A DNA stretch of 64,000 nucleotides from Thecamonas trahens ATCC 50062. Lineage: Eukaryota > Protista > Apusomonadida. Each line of letters opens with the position of its first letter. Position 1 is the first letter of the stretch. The notes under the pieces are model-generated. The model did not search any database. It saw only the letters and a program-made list of their open reading frames with translations, and had not been told where the DNA came from. Made by a program: the position numbers and the translations under genes. Below, piece after piece: positions 32,866-42,802 of the stretch. Location: contig NW_013657649.1 in assembly GCF_000142905.1 (NCBI RefSeq), positions 124,001-188,000 of the forward strand, written 5' to 3'.

Positions 32866-34176
32866 ATGACAACGCCGACTACCTCGGTAGCGCTTACCCT
32901 CGTACTAACCATCGTGGCCCTTTCTGCCTCGGCACGGGATCTGGAAGCTGACCAGCCGCGCGCTGTGGCCTCGTTCCCTCTGCCGCACGCCTCGTTTGTG
33001 GCGGTCATGCCTGGGGATGACAGCCGCCCGGGCGGCGGAGATAACGCTGGATTGGGACTGATCATGACCACCTTTCAGGCCATCGGACATGGGACGGTGG
33101 TGTGGCAGGGCGGTATCGGGGCTGTGTTCAACGGGTCGGCTCTGCCGGATGCGGTTGTCCTCAACTCTGGCCTCTCTTGGCCAAATCAGGTCACGTACTC
33201 GGCTGCTGCGCCCGACGGCCCACTGGCCACGCCGGCACTACTCGTTGGTGACGGCTTTCTTGTCCCCGGAAAGTCGACAGGCAGTGTGTACGCTCTGCCG
33301 CTCGCGGCGACAGGATCGCTGCCTGACGCCGCATCTCCCGTGGCGCTAGCGCCGCGCAAGGACGGCTACTTTTACCATCGGGCGGTGTGGATTGACATGG
33401 ACGGCGATGGTGTCGACGACATCCTTACCGCGCGAGCTACCAAGCCAATCTTTGGTCCGTCAGGTGGCGAGCTGGTTTGGCTGCGCAATCCTGGTGGCCG
33501 GAATCCGCTTGCTGTCGCGCCGTGGCCGCTCACAGTCATCACCAGCCATGGCTGCGACGTCGAGTTTGCCATCGACGCCCACGCCGCTGCACCAGGCTCG
33601 ATCCACGTCTTTTGTGCCTCGTTCTTTGCCAAGCAGTTGACTCTCAACGTGGTCTCCACCTCGAATGCTTCGCTTCTGCACCACTTGGTCATCGACTCGG
33701 GCTTGCCGCTCGAGTCGATCACGGTGGTCGACGTCAACGGCGACGGGCTACTCGATCTGCTCACCAACACGCACACGGACGTGTCCGCAGACTCGGCCGT
33801 CCTCGCCTATGAGTTTCCGGCCGATGTGCTGTCTGGCTCGTGGCCAAAGCACGTTGTGGCCTCTGGCTTCAACACCACAGAGCGCTCGCCCGGCCCACAG
33901 GCCTCACCCGGCTTTACCTACGCTGCGCACGTATCAACTACTGCCAAGCGGCCGACGGTCCTCATCGCCGGCGATGGCGCCCAAGCCGCGTTTCAGGCTG
34001 CGCCCATGGGCCCTCCGTCGTCCTGGGCCTTTGAGCTCTCCACCATCCTTGCTGTCGATGGCGTTGTAGGCTCGCTCGCTGTTGCCGATATGAACGGCGA
34101 CGGCTGGCTCGACCTCGCCGTCCCCGACTACGATCACGGCGTCGTCCATCTCCTCACCTATGCCGACCAACTGTAA
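32866..34176 (+). CDS. Secreted FG-GAP/VCBS repeat beta-propeller protein
   Basis: Signal peptide. Ca-binding DxDGDG motifs DMDGDGVDDI, DVNGDGLLDL and DMNGDGWLDL. Confidence 0.85.
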   Translation: MTTPTTSVALTLVLTIVALSASARDLEADQPRAVASFPLPHASFVAVMPGDDSRPGGGDNAGLGLIMTTFQAIGHGTVVWQGGIGAVFNGSALPDAVVLNSGLSWPNQVTYSAAAPDGPLATPALLVGDGFLVPGKSTGSVYALPLAATGSLPDAASPVALAPRKDGYFYHRAVWIDMDGDGVDDILTARATKPIFGPSGGELVWLRNPGGRNPLAVAPWPLTVITSHGCDVEFAIDAHAAAPGSIHVFCASFFAKQLTLNVVSTSNASLLHHLVIDSGLPLESITVVDVNGDGLLDLLTNTHTDVSADSAVLAYEFPADVLSGSWPKHVVASGFNTTERSPGPQASPGFTYAAHVSTTAKRPTVLIAGDGAQAAFQAAPMGPPSSWAFELSTILAVDGVVGSLAVADMNGDGWLDLAVPDYDHGVVHLLTYADQL

Positions 34177-34491
34177 GCCTCACCGAGGTTTGCACGTCGC
34201 GAGGAGAGACCATCCGGCCTGGCCCAATCCGGCCCGAACCGGCCGAAGATCATCTTCACAGACGTGCCTCCCCCGCCCCTCCTTCTTTCTTCCACTCTGA
34301 TCACAGAGTCATGAGCGGTGTATCAAATTCACCACAGATGTGCCCATTGGACGCCAGCCATCGCCAGCCATCCGCCATCGGGTGGCGAGCTGCGGCGACA
34401 AAGCGGAGTGGTGCCGGGGCGAGGCGGGAAGCAGAAGGGGAAGGGTGGGGATGGGGGACTTGAGGCACTTGACGCCGGTAGATAGAGAGGC

Positions 34492-35769
34492 ATGAGCTCA
34501 AGCTCAAGGGCTCAGCCCGGTATGGTGACTGTGGCGGGAATGGCTGTGGCTGCGGTGGGTGTGGCGGGCGTGGTTGCTGCGGCGGGCTGGTGGCGGTGGC
34601 AGTGCCGACGCAGCGGAGGCAGGCCCAGCGGTGAGGCCGAGCGAGTGCGGGACGGATTGTTTGAGCTCATTGGCGAGACAGCCATGGTAGAACTGAAAGC
34701 GCTCTCTGCGGCCACCGGATGCCGCATTTTGGCCAAGGCAGAGTACCTTAATCCGGGCGGATCGCCCAAGGATCGTGTCGCCCGCGCTCTGATCGAGGAT
34801 GCGCTCGCCCGCAACCCGGGTGTCCGCAGGGTATACGAGGGTACCTCGGGCTCGACAGGCATCTCACTCGCACGGGTTGCCGCTGCTGCCGGCTTGGAAG
34901 CGGTCATCTTCATGCCGTCCGATCAGGCGGTGGAGAAGGCCCAGCTGCTGGCCACCCTTGGCGCGCGGGTCCAGCGTGTCCCGCCGGTGGCCATCGTCGA
35001 TCCGGGCCACTACGTGCGCAGGGCGCAGACGGCAGCTGAAAATGATCCTGATGGTGTTTTTGCTGACCAGTTTGAGACGCCTGTCAACTGGAAGGCTCAC
35101 TACACAACAACCGGCCCCGAGATCTGGAGGCAGACCAGCGGGAAGGTCGACGCCGTGGTCATGGCCGCAGGCACCGGCGGCACCCTCGCTGGCGTCACGA
35201 CCTATCTCAAGGAGGTCTCGGACGAGCACGTCCAGGCGTATCTGGTCGATCCGCAAGGCTCGGCGCTGTACTACGCGGTGACCAAGGGCGTGTGCTACTC
35301 GCCGACTCAGGATGAGGGCCGCCGCAAGCGCAACCAGGTCGACACCATCGCCGAGGGCATCGGCCTCTATCGGCGGACCGCCAACTTTGACCAGGCGCTC
35401 GATGCCGGCATAGCCGGTGCCTTCAAGTGCTCGGATCAGGAAGCGCTGGACATGTCTCGGTTCCTGCTCCATCGCGAGGGCCTCTTCCTCGGCTCATCGT
35501 CGGCCGTCAACTGCGTCGGCGCCGCCAAGCTCGCCGCTCGCCTCGGTCCAGGCCACACCATCGTCACCCTGCTGTGCGATGACGGCTCCCGTCATCTGAC
35601 CAAGCTCTGGAACGAGGACTTTCTCACCGCCCAGGGTCTTGTCGTTCCCCCGCAAGACATCGTCCCCGCGTGCCTCCTGCGTTCACCCCCAGCCAACACC
35701 CTCCCCGAGCGACTTGCTTCCTCTGCCACACCACCGGCCTCAACATCGCCACCGTCGTCTTCATCGTAG
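34492..35769 (+). CDS. Cysteine synthase-like PLP enzyme (Cys12/MCY1 type) with N-terminal membrane anchor
   Basis: KAEYLNPGGSPKDRVA (PLP Lys), EGTSGSTGISLA, AGTGGT, QVDTIAEGIG, EGLFLGSSSAVN. Confidence 0.9.
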   Translation: MSSSSRAQPGMVTVAGMAVAAVGVAGVVAAAGWWRWQCRRSGGRPSGEAERVRDGLFELIGETAMVELKALSAATGCRILAKAEYLNPGGSPKDRVARALIEDALARNPGVRRVYEGTSGSTGISLARVAAAAGLEAVIFMPSDQAVEKAQLLATLGARVQRVPPVAIVDPGHYVRRAQTAAENDPDGVFADQFETPVNWKAHYTTTGPEIWRQTSGKVDAVVMAAGTGGTLAGVTTYLKEVSDEHVQAYLVDPQGSALYYAVTKGVCYSPTQDEGRRKRNQVDTIAEGIGLYRRTANFDQALDAGIAGAFKCSDQEALDMSRFLLHREGLFLGSSSAVNCVGAAKLAARLGPGHTIVTLLCDDGSRHLTKLWNEDFLTAQGLVVPPQDIVPACLLRSPPANTLPERLASSATPPASTSPPSSSS

Positions 35770-36100
35770 ATGATCCCAACAGCCAAGCACGCGCATACAT
35801 CGTCGCCATCTGCTGCGAGCCGGCCCGTGCACCCTCCTCGCCCAGTTCACGCAACGTAGAATTTCATCTCTTCCTCGCGAGCCCTCCACTTTCCACCATA
35901 GCGCTAGAACTCCATCCAAACAAGCGACGAGGTCCCCCTCCGTAGCCCCCGCAACGCCCGATGGGCCGACTCGGCTCGGATCTGCCGCCTGCCAAGCGAG
36001 GCAGCTGCCCCGCACCGACGAGCGGCGTCAGCTGCAGCAGGCTATCTGCCGCAGCCACACACGGACCCACTCGACCCACTCAGACCGAGACAAGCACAGG

Positions 36101-36469
36101 ATGGGCATGATATTTGCAGGTGGTGGCGGTGGGCGGCAGGTACGAGGGGTGGCCATGGCAGTGGTGGTAGTCGTGGTGGTCCTGGTGGCTCTGTTGGCTC
36201 ATGGCGCAGAGGCCCGCAACGTGGCCAAGCAGCGGAGGGCGTACACATCGAGATCGCGGGCGTGTCAACCGCAGTGCAGTCAAGTCCGGCCTTCCCTGAA
36301 AACATCATGTCGCAAGGCGTGCATCTCACCAGACTGCTACGCCTCGGTCTATGGTGAGGCTGGACTCGAAGAGGGCGAGGTCGATCAGGCCGACACCAAG
36401 TACAGGCTATGCGTCTACGCAGAGCTGGACGCAGAGGCAAAGGCGCGCAGAGCCGCCCGATTGGCATGA
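36101..36469 (+). CDS. Small secreted Cys-rich protein, DUF4787-like
   Basis: Signal-like hydrophobic stretch. C..C...CRKACISPDCYASVY...LEEGEVD...YRLC pattern. Start could be a downstream Met. Confidence 0.72.
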   Translation: MGMIFAGGGGGRQVRGVAMAVVVVVVVLVALLAHGAEARNVAKQRRAYTSRSRACQPQCSQVRPSLKTSCRKACISPDCYASVYGEAGLEEGEVDQADTKYRLCVYAELDAEAKARRAARLA

Positions 36470-36538
36470 GCCTTCTGCGAGATGCCAAAGTGTGCGACAG
36501 ACAGTGGATGGAAGGAAGTGCTCGATGCGATCGATGTT

Positions 36539-38584
36539 TTAGAAGGAGGGCGGCGGCGCGTAGCCAGGCGGCGGCGGGCCGGATGCCCCTGCTGCGGCCG
36601 GCGGTGGTGGGCCTTGGCCATATCCGGCGGCCGGCGGCGGTGGGCCCTGGCCATATCCGGCGGCCGGCGGCGGTGGGCCCTGGCCATATCCGGCGGCTGG
36701 CGGCGGTGGGCCCTGGCCATATCCGGCGGCTGGCGGCGGTGGGCCCTGGCCGTACCCTGTGTCGGCTGGCGGGACATAGGTGGGATCCACAGGCCGCGGC
36801 GGCAGCGGCATGATGCCGTGCTTGGCGTAAAAGTCGAGGACCTGGTGTGGGATCTCTTGGAGCGTAGACTGCGCGAGGTACGCTGGATCGAGGGCCTCAA
36901 AGTCGCGGAACGGCACAAACTGGACAATGTCGCGCTCGGCGTAGATGCCGTTGGCCGAGATCCGGACGTCGTCGCCATCAAGCTGCTCCATGTTGGAAAA
37001 GTCTGCGTCGCCGACGCCAACGATGATGAACGAGATCGGGAGCGAAGAGGCCCGGACGAGGGCGGCCTTGGTTTTGGCCATGTCGGTGATCTCGCCGTCG
37101 GTGAGGATGAGGACGACGTAGTAGGTCTGCGAGTCCTGCGAGTTGATCGCCGTCTGAGCCAGCTCGATGACTGCCTCGATGAGCGGCGCAAAGTTGGTTG
37201 GCCCATGAAGGGCAAGGAACTGAAGCGAGTTTCGGTACGCCTGGATGACTGCAGGCATGCCGTGGATGGCGACGGGCGCCTGGGTACCGGCGACCGGGAA
37301 GCAGAACGAAGTAATACCTGTGGGGAGCCGGGCACCAAAGCCAAGGGTGGGAACTCCTGATCGTGGTCGTACGGCGCGACGACGGCGCCTACAGCGGTCA
37401 TGGCCCTCTCGTACGCGTTGGCCTCGTACGGCGAGAGGTAGTGGAGGCTCGACGGGTTGGCCGGGTTCCCATTGGACGCCGTGTAATCAATGCCGATGAT
37501 GAGGTTGACCTCCAGTCCGCCAGCGAGGTAGTCAATGAAGCTCGGCTTCTCGACGACCTCGATGGACATGACCTCGAGGATGCCCGAGTTGCGGTACTTT
37601 TTCTTCTTCTGCTTCTTCGGGTTGATAAGCTCCAGCTCTTTGGCCTGATCTGGCGAGCAGAGCATGGTGAGTGTGGTTTGGAAAGCACCGATGAAGTCGG
37701 GCGTCCCGCGCTTGTCGTGGTCATAGCACTCTATGCGGATCGGACGCTCGTAGTCAGCGTTGCAGAGGGTGGCGATCGGGACCTCAAAGACCTGCCATGT
37801 CGGGTTGAGATTCTTTGGCACGACCTCGGTCTTATGAACTGGCTGCCAGTCATCGGTTGCGCCGGCGCGAAGCCGCGAAAGAACCAGGAACGGGTCCGAC
37901 TTGCCAAAGGTGTCCATCTTGTCGAGGTTGTGACCACGGATCTGCATCTTGACCACGGCCGACAAGTTCGTCATCTCCTCTGCGGTGATGCGAATGAAGC
38001 CGTTTCTTCTCGCGGGCTTGTTCACGTTGCCAAGCGGGAGTTCAAGCGACATGCCGGGAGCCCCGATGACGGCCGAGAGCTTGAACTCGACCTCGCCGAT
38101 ATAGTCGTGCTGGCGGTAGTCGCTCACCGAGCTCACGTGCTCATCGATGTCTAGAACAGCCAGACGGAAGGTCTGAACCTTCTCGAAAAAGTACGAGACA
38201 TTGATCGGCTTTTGGAAGCTTGGATTGAGGTCATTCATGACCTTCTCCGTCCGTCCTACCTCTGCAAACTCAGTCGCTGGCGGATCCTTCTTCGCAAAGA
38301 CCACCACCATGGGATCCGACTTTGATGCCTTGTCTAGATTGGCCAATCCCCTGTCAGCCATTGACCACCGTCCCACCGCCCCACCCACATCCGCCACCCA
38401 TACCCATACCAGCCATATGTGTGAGTGCCTGCGATGCCCCCCACCCACCCACCTCCCTCACCCCCTCCCTCCTCCACCTCCACCCTCACCTCGCCTACCT
38501 GCATGAGAACCGCAATTCCATCTGGGTCACCAGATCATCACCAGGCACACCAACAGACGGAACGCCCGGAGGGTATGCTGCCAT
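36539..38584 (-). CDS. Copine (C2-C2-vWA) with C-terminal GYGQGPPPPAA repeats; intron 38498-38351, frameshift at about 37350
   Basis: Exon 1 MAAYPPG...ELRFSC, then GTAGGC..CTGACAG intron, then RGLANLD..SKSDP. Second C2 MDTFGKSDPFL. vWA GIDYTASNG, DHDQEFP|TLGFGARLP, GPTNFAP, ILTDG, IIVGVG, RDIVQFVPF. Confidence 0.93.
36593..36757 (-). repeat. 33-bp coding tandem repeat, about 5 copies (GYGQGPPPPAA)
   Basis: Repeated ggcggtgggccctggccatatccggcgg on the + strand. Confidence 0.92.
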
Positions 38585-38720
38585 GGCGAGAGGAGGAGGG
38601 GAGGGGGGGGGGGGAGTGGAGTGTACCTGTGCAAATGGCTATGACTGTGGCTGTGGCGAGGTAAAGGCGGAGCGGGTGAAACGGATTCGACTCAAATCGT
38701 TAACGGACTCGAGTCGAGAC

Positions 38721-38975
38721 GAGTTCATCCCCCAGATGGTGTCGGCTCTGATGAGTTCATCCCCCAGATGGTGTCGGCTCTGATGAGTTCATCCCCCAGA
38801 TGGTGTCGACTCTGATGAGCTCATCCCCCAGATGGTGTTGGCTCTGATGAGTTCATCCCCCAGATGGTGTCGGCTCTGATGAGTTCATCCCCCAGATGGT
38901 GTCGGCTCTGATGAGTTCGTCCCCCAGATGGTGTCGGCTCTGATGAGTTCGTCCCCCAGATGGTGTCGGCTCTGA
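38721..38975. repeat. 32-bp tandem repeat, 8 copies (GAGTTCATCCCCCAGATGGTGTCGGCTCTGAT), in a divergent intergenic region
   Basis: Copies start at 38721, 38753, 38785, 38817, 38849, 38881, 38913 and 38945, with few substitutions and no spacers. Confidence 0.97.
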
Positions 38976-39106
38976 CGGATCGATTCCACTGCACCCAGGC
39001 TATCGACCTGTGCCATCGCTCCGCCGCCTGTCGCGCACGCGCGCAGCCACCACCTCTCCCACCACCTCTCCCACCCCACCCCACCACCCCCTCGACCTGC
39101 TGCCGC

Positions 39107-42100
39107 ATGCCAGGCTCCCTTCCGTCTGCTCTGGCAGCGGCAGCATGCGGTATGCCCGACCCTGTGGCGTACTCGAGCTACACCGAGTACGCGGCGGCGC
39201 TGACGGTGTGGGCTCTGCGGGCCAAGGCTCTGTACGCCCACCACGACCCGAGTGCTCAGCACCTTCCACACGTTCTTGTCACTGCCTCGCCGACAGCCGA
39301 ACGCCCTGACCCCATCGGAATGGCTTCTGATCTCGCCCGCCTCCGCACCCTCCCGCCCAAGCCGTTGCCATCGCGCTTCAACTCGTACGAGAGCTATGTC
39401 GCCGCTCTGCGGCAGTGGGCAGACGCCACAGCTGATGCCGCTCCTGCCGCCGCCAGCTACACAGCCGCGGCCTTTGATCGGAGCTCTGCCCAGGATCTTG
39501 GCCTTGTTCCGCAGTCGCGAAAGCGTCCGGCGCTGGAGAACGTTCGAGTCTCCGCCGCCGTCCCCGGCTCGCTGCGCGGCTCGGCCGATGCTACCATCTC
39601 GCCATTTATTCACACTAGCGAGAGCTCTGCCAAAACTGCGGCGCAGGCTCGTGGCGATCCGATCCGCCCGTTCTCAGAAGCCTCGCTTCTTGCACGTGTC
39701 GAACATGAGCGCCCATCGTCGGAGCGGGCGTCGGCTGCAGCGCTGCGCGCCAGCGTTCAGTCGCCGGTCGCGCTGGAGCAAGTCGTCGACGTGCTGTTGA
39801 TGAGGGCCCGGACCCGTATGGATGAGCACGGCATGTATCACGCTCCATTGCACATCCCGCGCCTGGTCCCCATCCGCAGTCCGGTCCGCACCATCCCGGG
39901 CATGCGCTACACCGCCGCCGGCGAGTATCGCGAGCTGTCGGCGACGCAGACGGCAGCGATCAAGCGCGCTACGGAAAGGGCGGCAGCCAACGCCGCCGCG
40001 CTAACCCGCGGACGGGGCCGGTCCGGTGCGTCGCTGCACACTCTTCCGTCGTCGGCACTGTTTGGCCTCCGATGGTGGGGCCTCCCGCGAAGCTCTGATG
40101 CGCCAGTTCGCAAGAGCGGCGCTTCGGGCGGCCCTGCTGTCCTCGAGCTGCCGTACGCCATCGACAAGCTCAACGAGCTGCGCTCGCGGTCGGAGGCCTC
40201 ACTCTCGGTGGCGCTATCGTCGTCGGCCAACGAGACCCATCAGACCGGTCATCTTCTCCGCGGCCGGGTCTCGCTCACGCAGGAAAAGCTCATTCTGGTC
40301 AGTTCCGAGTCGCGCCATGCCATGCTCAACTCGTGGGCGTATCCAGTCTTCCCGCTTCAGATCCAAGTTCATCAAATGGAGATTATGGACTCAGTCTTGC
40401 TCAAGACCTCGCCGCCAGACGACTCGACCCTGCTGGAGCTCTTGGCTCTTCCAACACATCTCGACGTGTTTCTCGAGTTTATGGCATCGTCTGCAGCCGA
40501 CCGCCGCAAGCGGATGCTCAGGTCGATGTCCAAGGTTGAAGTAGGCTCGGCCTCGTCGCGTGCAGCCGCTGAGGCTGCCGCACGGATGAACGGCGACACG
40601 ACGATGTCTGCTAGTGGCGACACTCACTGGGTGCGGATCATCCACGCGCTCACCACCGACTCGATTGTCACCCTCCTTCGGGCCTTTGCCGAGTCTGTCT
40701 CGCCCCTGCTCCGCGCCAAGATCGCCACAGTCATCACCCGAGTGGCCTGCGACGAGGAGCACGGCCACAGTCTGCTCTTTCACATCCTCGAGCCAAAGAA
40801 GCGTGGCCCGTCAAACCTCGACCAGTGGTACTGGCTGGCGGTGACCATGACATACCTCAACGGCACATCTGTTCCGGTGCTGGAGATCTCCGAGGAAGTT
40901 CTAGCGCATCTCCTCGAGCGGGTGGTCCACGAGTCGGAAGAGCGCATTGTCCGGCTTGTCCTCGCCGAGTACTATGTTCGCAAGATGGAGCAAACCGACG
41001 AGTCGGACGGCTTTCTCCCGCTCTCGCGGAAAGTAAGGGAAGGCCTCAACTCGTACATGTCGCGGTTTATCTCGTCCAAGCGCACCCTCCTCCCTACACT
41101 CATGCTCAAGGGCCTGGCATCACGATCGCGCGAGACGGCACATCTTGCCTTCTTTGTCCTCAAGCGACTGCTCCTCGCCAACAACAACGTGGCGGTCATG
41201 CGATTTGTGCTATCGAAAGACAACGGGCTTCTCGACGCACTCCACGAGCTGGTGGTTACGGCCAAGCGCTCGCATAAGCTCAAGCTGACACGGATGCTCG
41301 TCGATCTGCTCCTTGCCAGTGGATGGGCGCCAGCGCTGGCAGCCTCGTTCTCAGACGATTTGCTGTGGACGAGCCTGACGTTCAATCCGATTGTGGCCGT
41401 CCATCGCCCGGCGATGCCGGCGGTTCTCGCACACTCGGTCTTTGATGCTGTCCTCCACACGCCGCACGTGATCTCGCGGCTGGCGACGCCTGCATTTTCG
41501 CCGTCGCAGCTCGTCTTCTCGCCGGCGCTGCACTCACTCTTCTCCCGGAGCAGCGGGCGGCTCGGCGGGCGCGGCAAACGGTCTGGGCGCAACCGGGCGT
41601 CGTCTTCTTCGTCAAGCACCGAGTCGAGCTCGAGCTCTAGCCTGGACCCCGCTCTGATCTCCGGCTCGAGCTCGGACTCGCAGTCGATCTCCGAGTCGAT
41701 GTCGTCGTCAAGGGGCATGTCGCCGGCAAAGGCGGCAAAGGCTCGTGCCAAAGCTGCCAAGGCCCGCGCCAAGGCAAAGGCCAAGGCCCGCGCCAAAGCC
41801 GCCAAAGCTGCCAAAGCCAAAGCCAAGGCCAAGGCTAAAGCCAAGGCTAAAGCCAAGGCTGCCAAGGCCAAAGCCAAGGCCAAGGCCAAGGCTATCAACG
41901 GCGGAACATCGTCTTCTCTTGTTGCCCCTTCGCTCAAGCTCAAGTTTGCCTGGCTCCTCGGCCCGGTATTTGGCCGCATGCTGCGCGGGGTGGTGCTCTC
42001 GCTTGGGCGCGAGACACAGGCGTCGATCAACCTCTCGGCTTTTCTGGTCAAGGTCACATACGCGGCGGCGCAGCACGGGATGATTGCGCTTGGTGACGCC

Positions 42101-42796
42101 GGTGGATCAGCTCGCGGATCGGCGCGCGACGGCGTCCTTGTAGTCACCCCGACCGAAGTGCTTGTCGTGTCGGAATTTATCACCAAATCGCTGCGGACGT
42201 CGAAGCGGCAGGACCCGCCACGGATCAACGAGCTTGTCCGCGGAAACATGATGATGTGTCTGCAAGGCTTCCTCACCTGCCCGGGCATATTTGAGCTCCT
42301 GACGACGTCCAAGGTCTTTTTCCAGCGACTGTACACATGGTGCGCAGCAAGCTCCTCGCTGACGGCCTCGCTCGGATGGGCGATGCTGGCGGAGATTGCG
42401 ACCCGTGACGAGTGCCGGGTTCTCGGAGCGTTGGTGGGCAACGGGACGCTGGTGGCGTTTCTGGACCTGCTTGGCCCCGACTCGCCGACTGCGGTCGTTG
42501 TCGGGTGTCTTGACCTCCTCGAGGTGCTCCTTGTCGACGCCAACGGTGTCGGCTCGGGTTCACTCATCACCGGCCACATCACGGCGTCGGGCTACTTTGT
42601 CAAGCTATATCTCCTTGCCAATCGCGTCCTCGTCTCAGACAGGGGGCGGGCGCGGCAGGGCCGTACCTACTGGCGGGTCCACGCTTTCTTTGAGCTGCTG
42701 CGGACCAACTCCAAGTGTGCGCAGCTCGTCCACGGCGTGACTGGCCAGAGTGCCATTTTCGCCACCCTTTTCGAGGCGCTTGCCGACAACACATAA
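39107..42796 (+). CDS. Uncharacterised protein of about 1230 aa: duplicated N-terminal P-x-P..Y..Y..AL..W motif, helical/ARM-like body, Ser-rich and Lys/Ala-rich insert
   Basis: Long ORF with coding-like codon use. ATG follows a C-rich leader. No family recognised. Confidence 0.75.
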   Translation: MPGSLPSALAAAACGMPDPVAYSSYTEYAAALTVWALRAKALYAHHDPSAQHLPHVLVTASPTAERPDPIGMASDLARLRTLPPKPLPSRFNSYESYVAALRQWADATADAAPAAASYTAAAFDRSSAQDLGLVPQSRKRPALENVRVSAAVPGSLRGSADATISPFIHTSESSAKTAAQARGDPIRPFSEASLLARVEHERPSSERASAAALRASVQSPVALEQVVDVLLMRARTRMDEHGMYHAPLHIPRLVPIRSPVRTIPGMRYTAAGEYRELSATQTAAIKRATERAAANAAALTRGRGRSGASLHTLPSSALFGLRWWGLPRSSDAPVRKSGASGGPAVLELPYAIDKLNELRSRSEASLSVALSSSANETHQTGHLLRGRVSLTQEKLILVSSESRHAMLNSWAYPVFPLQIQVHQMEIMDSVLLKTSPPDDSTLLELLALPTHLDVFLEFMASSAADRRKRMLRSMSKVEVGSASSRAAAEAAARMNGDTTMSASGDTHWVRIIHALTTDSIVTLLRAFAESVSPLLRAKIATVITRVACDEEHGHSLLFHILEPKKRGPSNLDQWYWLAVTMTYLNGTSVPVLEISEEVLAHLLERVVHESEERIVRLVLAEYYVRKMEQTDESDGFLPLSRKVREGLNSYMSRFISSKRTLLPTLMLKGLASRSRETAHLAFFVLKRLLLANNNVAVMRFVLSKDNGLLDALHELVVTAKRSHKLKLTRMLVDLLLASGWAPALAASFSDDLLWTSLTFNPIVAVHRPAMPAVLAHSVFDAVLHTPHVISRLATPAFSPSQLVFSPALHSLFSRSSGRLGGRGKRSGRNRASSSSSSTESSSSSSLDPALISGSSSDSQSISESMSSSRGMSPAKAAKARAKAAKARAKAKAKARAKAAKAAKAKAKAKAKAKAKAKAAKAKAKAKAKAINGGTSSSLVAPSLKLKFAWLLGPVFGRMLRGVVLSLGRETQASINLSAFLVKVTYAAAQHGMIALGDAGGSARGSARDGVLVVTPTEVLVVSEFITKSLRTSKRQDPPRINELVRGNMMMCLQGFLTCPGIFELLTTSKVFFQRLYTWCAASSSLTASLGWAMLAEIATRDECRVLGALVGNGTLVAFLDLLGPDSPTAVVVGCLDLLEVLLVDANGVGSGSLITGHITASGYFVKLYLLANRVLVSDRGRARQGRTYWRVHAFFELLRTNSKCAQLVHGVTGQSAIFATLFEALADNT
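41723..41893 (+). repeat. Lys/Ala coding low-complexity repeat (AKAKAK)
   Basis: gccaag/gccaaa hexamer runs. Confidence 0.9.
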
Positions 42797-42802
42797 AGGC
42801 TT

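Noticed and set aside
36415-37350. Frameshifted genes as pseudogenes
   Set aside because: Each has a single lesion with conserved motifs on both sides and no further stops, unlike decayed copies.
38721-38975. CRISPR array or hammerhead ribozyme (CTGATGAG core in each unit)
   Set aside because: Units are contiguous with no unique spacers and no cas genes nearby; there is no downstream GAAA or stem arrangement to complete a hammerhead.
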